The notes under the pieces are model-generated. The model worked only from the letters and a program-made list of their open reading frames with translations, ran no database searches and had not been told where the DNA came from. A program made the translations under genes and the position numbers. This document shows, one piece after another, positions 52,310 through 61,600 of a DNA stretch of 64,000 nt; position 1 is the stretch's first letter; every line of letters begins with the position of its first letter. The stretch comes from an uncultured delta proteobacterium (GTDB lineage Bacteria; Desulfobacterota; RBG-13-43-22), in assembly GCA_963843145.1 (NCBI GenBank), contig CAWJJC010000023.1, forward strand, positions 82,700-146,699. The letters are read 5' to 3'.

Positions 52310-53326
52310 ATGACTTTAAAAGAACGAGTGTTGAATCGTCTTCAGGGCAAAGAAGTGGATATGACCCCGGTGGGTTGCACCACAACCTATGGGGTGGTGG
52401 ATTTCATGAAAAAATGCGGCTTCGAGCGACCCCAGGCCGATACCGATCCGCTGGCTATGACCGAACTGGCCCTGGCCGGGCACACCTATGGCGGCTTCGA
52501 GTGGGTCAAAGCCATGGGTTGGGACATCGCGGCCTTGAGCGAGGCCCTGGGCTGCGAGTTGGGGACACCGAGGATCGACCGGCAGTATTATATCAATTCT
52601 TTCCCCTACGCGGAGGGCGTGGATCGTCTGGAATTCCCCTCCGACTTCCTCTCCCGCGGCCGCTTCCCGGCTTTTAAAGAACACCTGAAACTCCTTAAAG
52701 ATCGGGTGGGCGATCGGATGGCCATTTTCGGTGAAACCGAAGGGGCCTTTACCTCTGCCGCCAATCTGGTGGGTCCCGAACAATTTATCAAATGGGCCAT
52801 CAAAAAGCCCGATCAGGTGGCCAAAACGTTGGAAGTCACCAAACAGGCGGCCGTCGCCGCCGCCAACTTTGCCTTTGACAACGGGGTTGATTTTTTCGTC
52901 TTTGCCGAGCCGACTTCCGGACCGGCCCTGCTGAATCCCCGGATCTACGAAAAGCTGGTGTTGCCCGTGGAAAAGGAGATCGTCAGCCAATGCCAAGGGC
53001 CGGTGGTGTTGCACATCTGCGCCGATACCGATCCGATCATTGATTTCATGTGCCAGACCGGAGCGGCCGGAATCAGTATCGAGGAAAAGGCCGATTTAAA
53101 GCGGGCCGTGGAAATCGCCCACCGTTATGGGGTCAAGGTCTTCGGGAATGTGGCCACGGCCACCACCATTTTTAACGGCACTCCGGAGGAGGTTTACCGG
53201 GAAGCGATCACCGCCCTGGAAAACGGGACCGACTTTCTTTGCCCGGGTTGCGGCATCGCCCCCGGCTCTCCGCTGGAAAACATCGTCCAGATGAAAAAGG
53301 CCCGGGATGACTTCTATAACCAATGA
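52310..53326 (+). CDS. MtaA/CmuA-family (UroD-fold) corrinoid methyltransferase 1
   Basis: MTLKERVL, SEALGC, GRF, LHICAD, FGNV and PGCGI (Zn HxC...C). Confidence 0.9.
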   Translation: MTLKERVLNRLQGKEVDMTPVGCTTTYGVVDFMKKCGFERPQADTDPLAMTELALAGHTYGGFEWVKAMGWDIAALSEALGCELGTPRIDRQYYINSFPYAEGVDRLEFPSDFLSRGRFPAFKEHLKLLKDRVGDRMAIFGETEGAFTSAANLVGPEQFIKWAIKKPDQVAKTLEVTKQAAVAAANFAFDNGVDFFVFAEPTSGPALLNPRIYEKLVLPVEKEIVSQCQGPVVLHICADTDPIIDFMCQTGAAGISIEEKADLKRAVEIAHRYGVKVFGNVATATTIFNGTPEEVYREAITALENGTDFLCPGCGIAPGSPLENIVQMKKARDDFYNQ

Positions 53327-53386
53327 AAAGCTCAAAATATTCTGGCTCGAATTCGAAACTCGAAATCCGAATAAGGAGGAAACGTA

Positions 53387-54067
53387 ATGGCTTCAGAAGA
53401 AAGAACCCAAGAGATCATAAAGGGACTTCAGCAGGCGGTAATTGAATTTGACGAGGACAAGACCAGGGAATTGGCGCAGGCCTCCATCGATGAAGGAGTG
53501 GACCCTTTTCTGGCCACGATGGAAGGTCTGGCTGAAGGAATGATTCAGGTGGGCGATCTGTATAATAAAAAAGAGTACTTTGTCTCGGAACTCCTGTTGT
53601 GCGCCGACGCCCTTTATGCGGGACTGGATTTACTCAAACCGGCTATTGTGGCCTCCGGAAGAATTAGTGAGGCCAAAGGCTCTATCGTCTTGGGCGTGGT
53701 GGAAGGCGATGTCCACGATATCGGCAAGAATCTGATCAAGATGATGTTCGATGTGGCCGGCTGGACCGTCTACGATCTGGGCAAGGATGTTCCTTTGGAA
53801 AAATTTGTCGAAGAACAACTGCGGACCGATTCGGATATCGTCGGACTTTCGGCTTTGATGACTACCAGCATGATCAGTATGCCGGAAATCGTCAAGAAGC
53901 TGAAAGAGAAAAATCCCAAGGTTCGGATTATGCTGGGCGGCGCTCCGATAACGCCTGAAACCGTGGAAAAATACGGCGCCGACGGGTACGCCAAGGACGC
54001 GGGGACGGCCGTGGATGAAGCCATCAAATTGATCAAAATGTTGAGGACCGAGGAAAAGACCAAATAG
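53387..54067 (+). CDS. Corrinoid (cobalamin-binding) protein, MtaC/MtbC-like
   Basis: B12 cap domain, GDVHDIGKN, GLSALMTT, GGAP and GADGY motifs. Confidence 0.95.
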   Translation: MASEERTQEIIKGLQQAVIEFDEDKTRELAQASIDEGVDPFLATMEGLAEGMIQVGDLYNKKEYFVSELLLCADALYAGLDLLKPAIVASGRISEAKGSIVLGVVEGDVHDIGKNLIKMMFDVAGWTVYDLGKDVPLEKFVEEQLRTDSDIVGLSALMTTSMISMPEIVKKLKEKNPKVRIMLGGAPITPETVEKYGADGYAKDAGTAVDEAIKLIKMLRTEEKTK

Positions 54068-54082
54068 GAAGGAGCAGTCTTT

Positions 54083-57000
54083 ATGGCGAGTGGTGAAAAT
54101 GAAAAATGCCTGGTCATTTTTCAGCCCTCAGGTTGCCGAGGATATGTCGATAGAGGCAAGACCCTTAAACAGGCCTCCGTGGCCCTGGGCGTGGACATCG
54201 AGGGGGTCTGCGGTGAACAGGCCATTTGCGGAACCTGCAAGGTCCGGATTGAGGAAGGGGAGTTTGAAAAGTACGGGGTCCGTTCCGGCCGGGAGAGCAT
54301 CTCGGCTATGGGCCCCTCCGAAAGAAAATTTTTTAATTTACGCCAGGTGGATGAAGGCTATCGCCTGGCCTGTCAGGCCCAGATCCTCAACGACGTGGTT
54401 ATTTTCGTCCCGGAAGAAAGCCGCATGGGGAAGCAGGTGGTCCGCAAGGCCGCTACCTCGCGGCCCATTGCCGTCAAACCGGTGGTCCGAAAATATACCC
54501 TCGCCCTGGTCAAAGCCACCCTGAAGGATAATCTCGGAGACTGGGAACGAGTGTCCGCGGCGCTGGAGACCCAATACGGGCTCAAGGACCTGACCATCGA
54601 TTATGAAGCCCTCATGTTCTTGCAAGACCTGGTCCGGCAAGGAGAGTGGAAGATTACCGTTTCGGTCTGGCACGGCAAAGAGGTCATCCGGGTTGAGCCG
54701 GGGTTTAATGAAAAAAGCTACGGACTGGCGGTCGACGTGGGCACCTCCACGGTGGCCGGATATCTATGTGATCTGTCCGACGGCACGGTGGTGGCTACCG
54801 CCTCCATGATGAATCCCCAGATCGTCTACGGGGAAGATGTCATGTCCCGGATCAGCTACACCATGACCAACCCCGAAGGCCTGGAGATCTTAAACCAGGC
54901 CATTATCGACGGCCTGAACAATATCGCCGCCGAGGTGGCCGAAAGCGCCGGCATCAAACGCCAGGATATCCTGGATATGTCCCTGGTGGGCAATACCTGT
55001 ATGCATCATATTTACCTGAACATCAATCCCCGCTATATCGGTCGTTCCCCCTTTCCCCCCAGTCTGCATCATTCCCTGGACGTCAAGGCTCGTGATTTCG
55101 GCTTCAAGATCCCCCAGGAAAAAGAGCGGGAAGAGAAGGGCAAGTACGCCCCTTGTCGGGTGGAATGTCCGGCCGGGGTCAATGTAGACGACTTTCTATA
55201 TCTCATCGCCCAACGTAAATTCAGGGAGGCCCTGGAATTGGTCCGCCTTTCCTACCCCTTTCCCGGGGTCTGCGGACGGGTCTGCACCCATCCCTGTGAA
55301 CAAATTTGTGAAAGGGGAAAGGTGGATGAGCCCATCTCCATTCGGGCGGCCCATCGTTTCCTGAGCGATTTTGAATTGGCTGCGGGAAGGGAAAAGGCTA
55401 CTCCGGTGGAACTAAAAAAAGAGGCCCCCATCGCCGTGGTCGGATCAGGACCGGCCGGTCTGGCTTGTGCCTATGACCTGATCAATCGAGGATATCCGGT
55501 AACGGTATTTGAAGCCCAGTCCCAGGCCGGAGGAATGATGCGTTACGGCATCCCGGAATACCGGCTGCCCAAACGTATTTTGGATGATGAAGTCCGTTAT
55601 ATTGAAGAACTGGGCCTGGAGATCAGGACCAATACCCCGGTAAAAAACCTGAAGGATCTTTTCGATCAGGAGTATAAAGCCGTCTTCCTGGCCACCGGGA
55701 CCTGGAAAAGTCAAAAATTAAATGTTCCCGGGGAGGAAAGCCCGGGGGTGATGATGGCCCTCGACCTGCTCCGGGAGGTCAATTCAGGGGCGAAGGTCGA
55801 ATTAAGCGGAAAAGTAGCCGTGGTCGGAGGCGGCAGCGTGGCCGTTGACGCGGCTCGAATGGCCAAACGGTTGGGTGCCCGGGAAGTCCATCTGATCTGC
55901 CTGGAGTCCGACGACCTCACCTGCCAAGATCGGATGCCGGCCCAGGATTTGGAAATCGACCAAGCCCGCGAAGAGGGTGTGATCGTTCATCCCTCTCTGG
56001 GCGTCGGCGCCATCGTGGTCGACCAAGGCCGGGTCAGCGCCGTGGAAACCATAGGCTGTGTATCGGTCTACGATGACCGGGGACGGTTTGCGCCCCAGTT
56101 TTCCGAAGAACCGGCTCTCCCTATTGCCGTGGAGACCGTCATTGTGGCCATAGGCCAGAGGGCCGAAGAAGACCTCTTTCCCGATTTGGCCCGCCAGCCT
56201 TCGGGCAGCATCCAGGTGGATGAAAACACCTTTGAGACCAGCGTCCCGGGCGTCTTTGCCGGTGGAGACGGGGCCAGCGGACCAGCCAATGTCATCAAGG
56301 CCGTTCGGGCCGGCAAGGAAGCGGCCATCTCCATCGAACTTTATCTGACCGGAAAGGACATGAAGGAAGACCGCCCTAAAGCGCTCAAGGCCGTAGAAGA
56401 AATTCCCAAAGAAGGGGTCAAGAAAGAAGTCCGACAGATTGCCCCCGTACTGGCCCTGGATAAGCGTCAGGGCTTTGACGAGGTGGAAATAGGCTTTGAA
56501 GAAGCTCAGGTGATTCCGGAGGCGATTCGCTGTCTTCATTGCGCCGTTTATGCCCAGAAGGAGGCCTTCGAAGAAAAAGAGGCCCATGGCTGGGGGATCA
56601 AGATCGCCCCCGGTGCCTATGTCCATTGCCTGCCGATTGAGGCCGGCTTTGTGGGCGCCGATAATGTAGGCGTGCTGATCGCCGAAGCCCCTTATCATCA
56701 GGACTCCCTGGAGCTGATTATCGATATCGGCACCAACGGAGAAATCATTCTGGGCAATAAGGACCGCTTGATCTCCGCTTCCTGCGCCACCGGACCGGCC
56801 TTTGAGGGGGCCCAACTGCGTTTCGGTATGCGGGCCGCACCGGGGGCCATTGAAAAGATAGCGATCGATAAAGAAACCAAGGAAGTGCGGTTTAAGGTCA
56901 TTGATGAATCCCGCTGGAACACCGAAATGAAACCGGAGGAGATCAAGGCCAAGGGCATTTGCGGATCGGGGATCATCGACGCCCTGCCCCAGCTCTTCCT

Positions 57001-57535
57001 GGCCGGAATTATCGATAAATCCGGAAAGTTTAATAAAAATATGGAACACCCTCGCTTACGCTATTCAGGGGATCAATATGAGTATGTCATCGCCTGGACC
57101 CAGGAGACCTCCATCGGCCAGGACGTGGTCGTCTGTCAGGACGACATCCGGGCCATCCAGCTCGGTAAGGCGGCCATGTATGCCGGCAGCAGAATCCTCA
57201 TGGAAACCCTGGGTATCGAAAAAGTGGACAAGGTCATATTAGCCGGGGCCTTCGGAAGCTACATCGACAAACTTTCGGCGGCCGTGCTGGGAATGTTCCC
57301 GGATTGCGACCCCAAGAATGTCTATTCCGTGGGCAACGCCGCCGGTGACGGGGCCCGGATGGCCTTGCTCAATGCGGACAAACGTCTGGAAGCCGATAAC
57401 TATGCCCGGAAGGTGGAATACATCGAATTGACCCTTTCTCCGAAATTCGAAAAGATGTTCGCCCATTCCATGTGGATTCCGCACATGAAGGATGCCTTCC
57501 CCAACCTGCAGGAATTCCTGCCACCCAAGAAATAA
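54083..57535 (+). CDS. RACo/AcsV-type ATP-dependent corrinoid reductive activator (2Fe-2S plus ASKHA) with an inserted GltD/NfnB-like FAD/NAD(P)H/Fe-S module
   Basis: RACo motifs CGEQAICGTC..RLACQ, AVDVGTST, IDIGTNGE, GPAFEG, GICGSG and LAGAFG. Insert motifs APCRVECP, CGRVCTHPCE, GSGPAG, GGGSVA, FAGGD and RCLHC. Confidence 0.9.
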   Translation: MASGENEKCLVIFQPSGCRGYVDRGKTLKQASVALGVDIEGVCGEQAICGTCKVRIEEGEFEKYGVRSGRESISAMGPSERKFFNLRQVDEGYRLACQAQILNDVVIFVPEESRMGKQVVRKAATSRPIAVKPVVRKYTLALVKATLKDNLGDWERVSAALETQYGLKDLTIDYEALMFLQDLVRQGEWKITVSVWHGKEVIRVEPGFNEKSYGLAVDVGTSTVAGYLCDLSDGTVVATASMMNPQIVYGEDVMSRISYTMTNPEGLEILNQAIIDGLNNIAAEVAESAGIKRQDILDMSLVGNTCMHHIYLNINPRYIGRSPFPPSLHHSLDVKARDFGFKIPQEKEREEKGKYAPCRVECPAGVNVDDFLYLIAQRKFREALELVRLSYPFPGVCGRVCTHPCEQICERGKVDEPISIRAAHRFLSDFELAAGREKATPVELKKEAPIAVVGSGPAGLACAYDLINRGYPVTVFEAQSQAGGMMRYGIPEYRLPKRILDDEVRYIEELGLEIRTNTPVKNLKDLFDQEYKAVFLATGTWKSQKLNVPGEESPGVMMALDLLREVNSGAKVELSGKVAVVGGGSVAVDAARMAKRLGAREVHLICLESDDLTCQDRMPAQDLEIDQAREEGVIVHPSLGVGAIVVDQGRVSAVETIGCVSVYDDRGRFAPQFSEEPALPIAVETVIVAIGQRAEEDLFPDLARQPSGSIQVDENTFETSVPGVFAGGDGASGPANVIKAVRAGKEAAISIELYLTGKDMKEDRPKALKAVEEIPKEGVKKEVRQIAPVLALDKRQGFDEVEIGFEEAQVIPEAIRCLHCAVYAQKEAFEEKEAHGWGIKIAPGAYVHCLPIEAGFVGADNVGVLIAEAPYHQDSLELIIDIGTNGEIILGNKDRLISASCATGPAFEGAQLRFGMRAAPGAIEKIAIDKETKEVRFKVIDESRWNTEMKPEEIKAKGICGSGIIDALPQLFLAGIIDKSGKFNKNMEHPRLRYSGDQYEYVIAWTQETSIGQDVVVCQDDIRAIQLGKAAMYAGSRILMETLGIEKVDKVILAGAFGSYIDKLSAAVLGMFPDCDPKNVYSVGNAAGDGARMALLNADKRLEADNYARKVEYIELTLSPKFEKMFAHSMWIPHMKDAFPNLQEFLPPKK

Positions 57536-57549
57536 GGAGGAACAGTCAT

Positions 57550-58581
57550 ATGGGAACAGAAATGAGTGCCAGAGAACGGGTCCTCAAGCTTTTTAAAAAA
57601 GAAAAAGTCGATCGATTGCCGATCTTCAGCGGCATGGGAAATATCACTGTTACGGGTCTGGAACCCACCCAGTGGAACTTTGCTGAACTGCATCTGGATG
57701 CGGAAAAGATGGCTAAAATAGCCGCCTCGACTTCACAGTTGTTTGGTTTTGAATGTGCGGTGGTCCCTTTTGATATGGGGGTGGAGGCCGAGGCCTTGGG
57801 GGCGGGAGTTAATTATTATGCCCATCGTACCGATATCGTCTACCCGACGATTACCAAAAAATTAGCTGACAAATTCGATGACTTGAAGATTCAGATACCG
57901 GACTGGTCAAATGCCGGAAGAATTCCTTTGGTAGCCAAGGCCATTCAGCGCTTAAAAGAGGAAGTAGGGGATACCCTGGCCATAGGGGCTTGGGTCCTCG
58001 GTCCTTATACCTTGGCCGCTCAGTTGACCGATATGGGAGACCTGGCCAAAGCCGCTCTGAAGAAGACCGCCCAAGTGGAGGAGGTCTTAATGCAACTGGC
58101 CGAGGCGATTATTCAAATAGCCCGAATCTACCGACAGGCGGGCGCCGATTATATTACCGTCCGGGAAATGGGCGGCGGACCGGATATTATCAGCCCCCGA
58201 ATATTCAAGAAATTAATTCAGCCCCCCTTGGCCAAAATATTTGCCGCCCTGGAATCACCCAAGATCCTGCACATCTGCGGCAGCACCGATATGATTATTG
58301 AACAGATGGCCGAGTGCGGGGCCGATGGCTTGAGCGTAGATCAGAAGAACACCCTGGCTGAAACCAGGAATAAAATCGGATCGGAGATGCTCCTGTTCGG
58401 CAACTTTGACCCCTATGGGACCCTGGTTACGATGAACGCCGAGGAAGTGGATCAAGTCGTCAAAAACTGTTTCGAGGCCGGGATCAACGCCCTCTGGCCG
58501 GGATGTGATCTTTGGCCGGATTTAAAAAAAGAGAACTTTCAGGCCCTGATGGCCGCCGCCCTGAAATATGGGAAACAATAA
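57550..58581 (+). CDS. MtaA/CmuA-family (UroD-fold) corrinoid methyltransferase 2
   Basis: ATG after AAGGAGG. MSARERV, VPFDMGVEAEALG, GRIP, GPYTLA, LHICG and PGCD motifs. Confidence 0.9.
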   Translation: MGTEMSARERVLKLFKKEKVDRLPIFSGMGNITVTGLEPTQWNFAELHLDAEKMAKIAASTSQLFGFECAVVPFDMGVEAEALGAGVNYYAHRTDIVYPTITKKLADKFDDLKIQIPDWSNAGRIPLVAKAIQRLKEEVGDTLAIGAWVLGPYTLAAQLTDMGDLAKAALKKTAQVEEVLMQLAEAIIQIARIYRQAGADYITVREMGGGPDIISPRIFKKLIQPPLAKIFAALESPKILHICGSTDMIIEQMAECGADGLSVDQKNTLAETRNKIGSEMLLFGNFDPYGTLVTMNAEEVDQVVKNCFEAGINALWPGCDLWPDLKKENFQALMAAALKYGKQ

Positions 58582-58672
58582 CTGTCCTCTGCCCCGGATG
58601 CGGCTTGGTTCCCCGTTCGCCAAAGGCCTGGCTCGCTGACTTCAAAGACAGTCTGCTTTTTTGTCCCCACAA

Positions 58673-58706
58673 AAAAGGGGCCGGGATTAATTTCCCGGCC
58701 CCTTTT
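58673..58706. terminator. Bidirectional intrinsic terminator between convergent genes
   Basis: AAAAGGGGCCGGGA-loop-TCCCGGCCCCTTTT. Confidence 0.8.
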
Positions 58707-58812
58707 AACTGGCGCTAGTCAATGGCGCACCGTCCACTGCCAAAATTCGGGATTAAGACCTTTTTCAGGAAATCCTAAAGAAAGGGCTACCCGCCTCCCG
58801 GTAAACCAGCCG

Positions 58813-59436
58813 TTACTTGGGCGGCTGTTTTTCGATCACCTGAACCTTCATTTCCACCCGTTCATTGGGGTTGTCCTGCTTGTCCCGAGGCTGGCTGACG
58901 ATCTTGTCGACTACGTCCATCCCGGAAGTCACCTGGCCGAAGGCCGTGTATTGCCTGTCAAGGAAGGGGGCGTCGGCCACGCAGATGAAAAACTGGGACC
59001 CGGCGCTGTCGGGATCGGCCGACCGCGCCATGGAAAGTATCCCCCGTTTGTGGGCGGTCGGGTTGAATTCGGCCTTCACGTTATAGCCCGGACCGCCCAT
59101 CCCGTGCCTTTTCCGATCGGGATCCTTGGTATTGGGGTCGCCTCCCTGGATCATGAAACCCGGAATAACCCGGTGAAAGGTGGTCCCGTCATAAAATCCT
59201 TTTTTGGCCAATTCAATGAAATTATTCACATGATTGGGCGCGACTTCCGGGAAAAACTTGAGTTCGATCTTTCCAAACTTGGTTTCAATAACTGCCTTGG
59301 TATCCGTCATTTTCTTAATTTCCTCCTTGGAAAAATGTTTAAATCGAGTTTCGGCCACAACCAGAACCGGAATCAAGCATAAGGGAATACAAAGAAGTTT
59401 TCTCCATAGGCTTTTCATCTGACACTCCTTCAGCAA
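58813..59436 (-). CDS. Cyclophilin-type peptidyl-prolyl cis-trans isomerase
   Basis: FHRVIPGFMIQGGDP, SMAR and SAGSQFFI motifs. N-terminal signal-like stretch. Confidence 0.95.
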   Translation of the reverse strand: MLKECQMKSLWRKLLCIPLCLIPVLVVAETRFKHFSKEEIKKMTDTKAVIETKFGKIELKFFPEVAPNHVNNFIELAKKGFYDGTTFHRVIPGFMIQGGDPNTKDPDRKRHGMGGPGYNVKAEFNPTAHKRGILSMARSADPDSAGSQFFICVADAPFLDRQYTAFGQVTSGMDVVDKIVSQPRDKQDNPNERVEMKVQVIEKQPPK

Positions 59437-59712
59437 ATTTTAGTATTGCTATAGTAAGGATGAGATTCCAGGCCGTCAAGTAAATTTCAAGGAACGAATC
59501 TAATTTTCTATCCACCGGAGCCTTCTGAAGAGGACCGAAAATGAAAGGGCCGCACCCGGTTAAAAACGAGAAGCGGTGACCGGAATTCACCATTGGAATC
59601 CGCCGGCGCCATTCCCATAAAAGATGTTGTATATAAATCTTTAAATGGGATAAAATAATTACCTTAAAATTCCGATTTCAGATTCATACCAAAAATTCAA
59701 AGGAGGGAAATT

Positions 59713-60356
59713 ATGAAAAAAAATGTTCTCGTATTTCGGCATTTCAATTGGTTTTTCTTAGTCACCCTGGTCCTGGCGACCGGCTTGGTTTTAAACTCCC
59801 CCCCGCTCTGGGACAGGTAAAAAAACCCCTCGTTGATCTGAACAGCGCCTCTGAAAAAGACCTGGAAGCGCTGCCGGGCGTGGGCCCGGCTACGGCCAAG
59901 AAGATCGTGGCCGGACGCCCTTATAAATCGGCGGATGAGTTGAAAAAAGCCGGTTTAAACAATAAGGTCGTTGAATCTTTAAAGCCTCTGGTGACGGTCG
60001 GCCCGGCCTCGTCAGCCCCTGCTCCCACCAAGGCCGCCAACCCCGCTGCCCCGTCTAAAGAAACCCCGCTGGCCAAAGAAAAAGCCGCCAAAGAGCCGGC
60101 GGCCAAGGGGAAAGCCTCCCAGGAACCCGCCGGCAAAGGAAAAAACCCGGCGCCAGTCAAACTGGCCCCCGGTCAAAAGGTGAACCTCAACTCGGCCGAC
60201 AAGGCTACGCTGGAAGCCCTTCCGGAAATTGGGCCGGTCCTGGCCCAAGCTATCATCGATGGACGGCCTTATACCAAAATCGAGGACGTGATGAAGGTGA
60301 AGGGGATCAAGGAAGGCAAGTTCGGCAAGATTAAGGATTTGATTACCGTAAAATAA
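59713..60356 (+). CDS. ComEA-like secreted helix-hairpin-helix DNA-binding protein (frameshift at the C-run near 59800)
   Basis: ATG at 59713 after AGGAGG gives a signal peptide. Two VDLN.A...LEALP.VGP..A..I HhH domains joined by an Ala/Lys/Pro linker. Confidence 0.85.
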
Positions 60357-60502
60357 TGAATTTTTCTTTCTCCTAGAAAGAAAAATTCATAAGGGAAGCA
60401 GTGTTCCCACTCCCCGTCGACCGCCAAAAACAGCGGCCTTCGGGGAGTGCCCTTCCTAAACCCATACCGTTCCCAAATTAACCGTTCAAAAACCTGGTTA
60501 CC

Positions 60503-61570
60503 GTGGCTTTCCCCATCGATAAGAAAATAGTTTTTTTCGGCTGTCTCCTGGATAGCGACGAACGTTACGATGCCCTGCAGGAGAAGCTCGCTGCGATAGA
60601 CCGGGGGGAAACCCTTGGCGCCCCTTATCAGTCCGTTCTTTCCCTGGTCACCCCTGAGCTGGACCCCCTCCGCTGGGAATCCAAGGGGCTGATCCCCATC
60701 CCGGACTGGCTTCACCCTCTTCCGCCGGATTCCAGCAAACCGCAATTAACCTCCTCCGAGATCATCACCTTTATCGACCGAAACGGCTGCCGGAAATCGG
60801 CCGAGGAAGCAGGCCGGTTTGTTGAAGAAAAAGTCTTTCCCCATATCCCCTGCCTCATCGCCGTGGATCATTGTTTGACGGGGGGGGTCTATCGTCGGGT
60901 GGCGGAGAGATACGCCCCGGAGGAAACAGCCCTGGTCATCCTGGATTCCCACACCGATGCCCTGCCCATGAGTATCCTGGCCCCGGCCCTCCAGTATGAT
61001 GCCGAGAATAACCCGGCTTCGGTGCATGATCCTGAAGACCCCCTGTTATACGGTCGGCCCGATTCGTATAATGCCGGATCTTTCCTTTATCACCTGCTGA
61101 TCGACGGAGTGGTCCTCCCCCGGAACCTTTACCTCCTGGGAATCAGCGATTATCCCCCCAAACAGGCCTTCCGCCTGAAAGATGAGCGGATAAAGAATTT
61201 CGTTAATTTCTACCGGGAATTAAAAAATGCCGGAGTGAACCTGGTAACCAAGGACGAACTATTGAATTCGCCCTCTCGGACACGCCGAATCCTGAAGGGA
61301 ATCAAGACGCCCTATCTCTATCTTTCGGTGGATATGGATATCGGGGCCCGCAATGCCCTGGAGGGCGTTCGCTTCCTGGATCGGCAGGGCCTCAACGAAC
61401 AGCAGCTTTTTCGACTGATTGGATATCTGAGAGATGTATTGGATAGCGGAGTGAAGCTGGCCGGGTTGGACCTGACCGAATTCAATCCCCGAAAGGCGGG
61501 TCTGGATCAAACCTACCCCATTGCCGCCCGAATAATCAAGCAACTTCTGGCGACGGATTATTCCTCTTAG
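60503..61570 (+). CDS. Arginase/ureohydrolase-family protein
   Basis: VDH, LDSHTD, LSVDMD and DLTEFNP motifs. Confidence 0.8.
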   Translation: MAFPIDKKIVFFGCLLDSDERYDALQEKLAAIDRGETLGAPYQSVLSLVTPELDPLRWESKGLIPIPDWLHPLPPDSSKPQLTSSEIITFIDRNGCRKSAEEAGRFVEEKVFPHIPCLIAVDHCLTGGVYRRVAERYAPEETALVILDSHTDALPMSILAPALQYDAENNPASVHDPEDPLLYGRPDSYNAGSFLYHLLIDGVVLPRNLYLLGISDYPPKQAFRLKDERIKNFVNFYRELKNAGVNLVTKDELLNSPSRTRRILKGIKTPYLYLSVDMDIGARNALEGVRFLDRQGLNEQQLFRLIGYLRDVLDSGVKLAGLDLTEFNPRKAGLDQTYPIAARIIKQLLATDYSS

Positions 61571-61600
61571 CTGGGTTTAAAAAAAATGGGGCTCGATCGT

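Noticed and set aside
55802-57049. Long antisense ORFs (415 aa here; also 48052..48969, 52316..53014, 11838..12539)
   Set aside because: They are shadow ORFs opposite well-supported GC-rich genes and have no recognisable motifs.
9348-60356. Widespread frameshifts (livF, rSAM-GNAT, BPL-N, glcF-like, livM, comEA) as pseudogenes, phase variation or programmed frameshifting
   Set aside because: They hit unrelated genes whose motifs are otherwise intact, often at homopolymer runs. Long-read indel error is the simplest explanation and cannot be excluded without reads.
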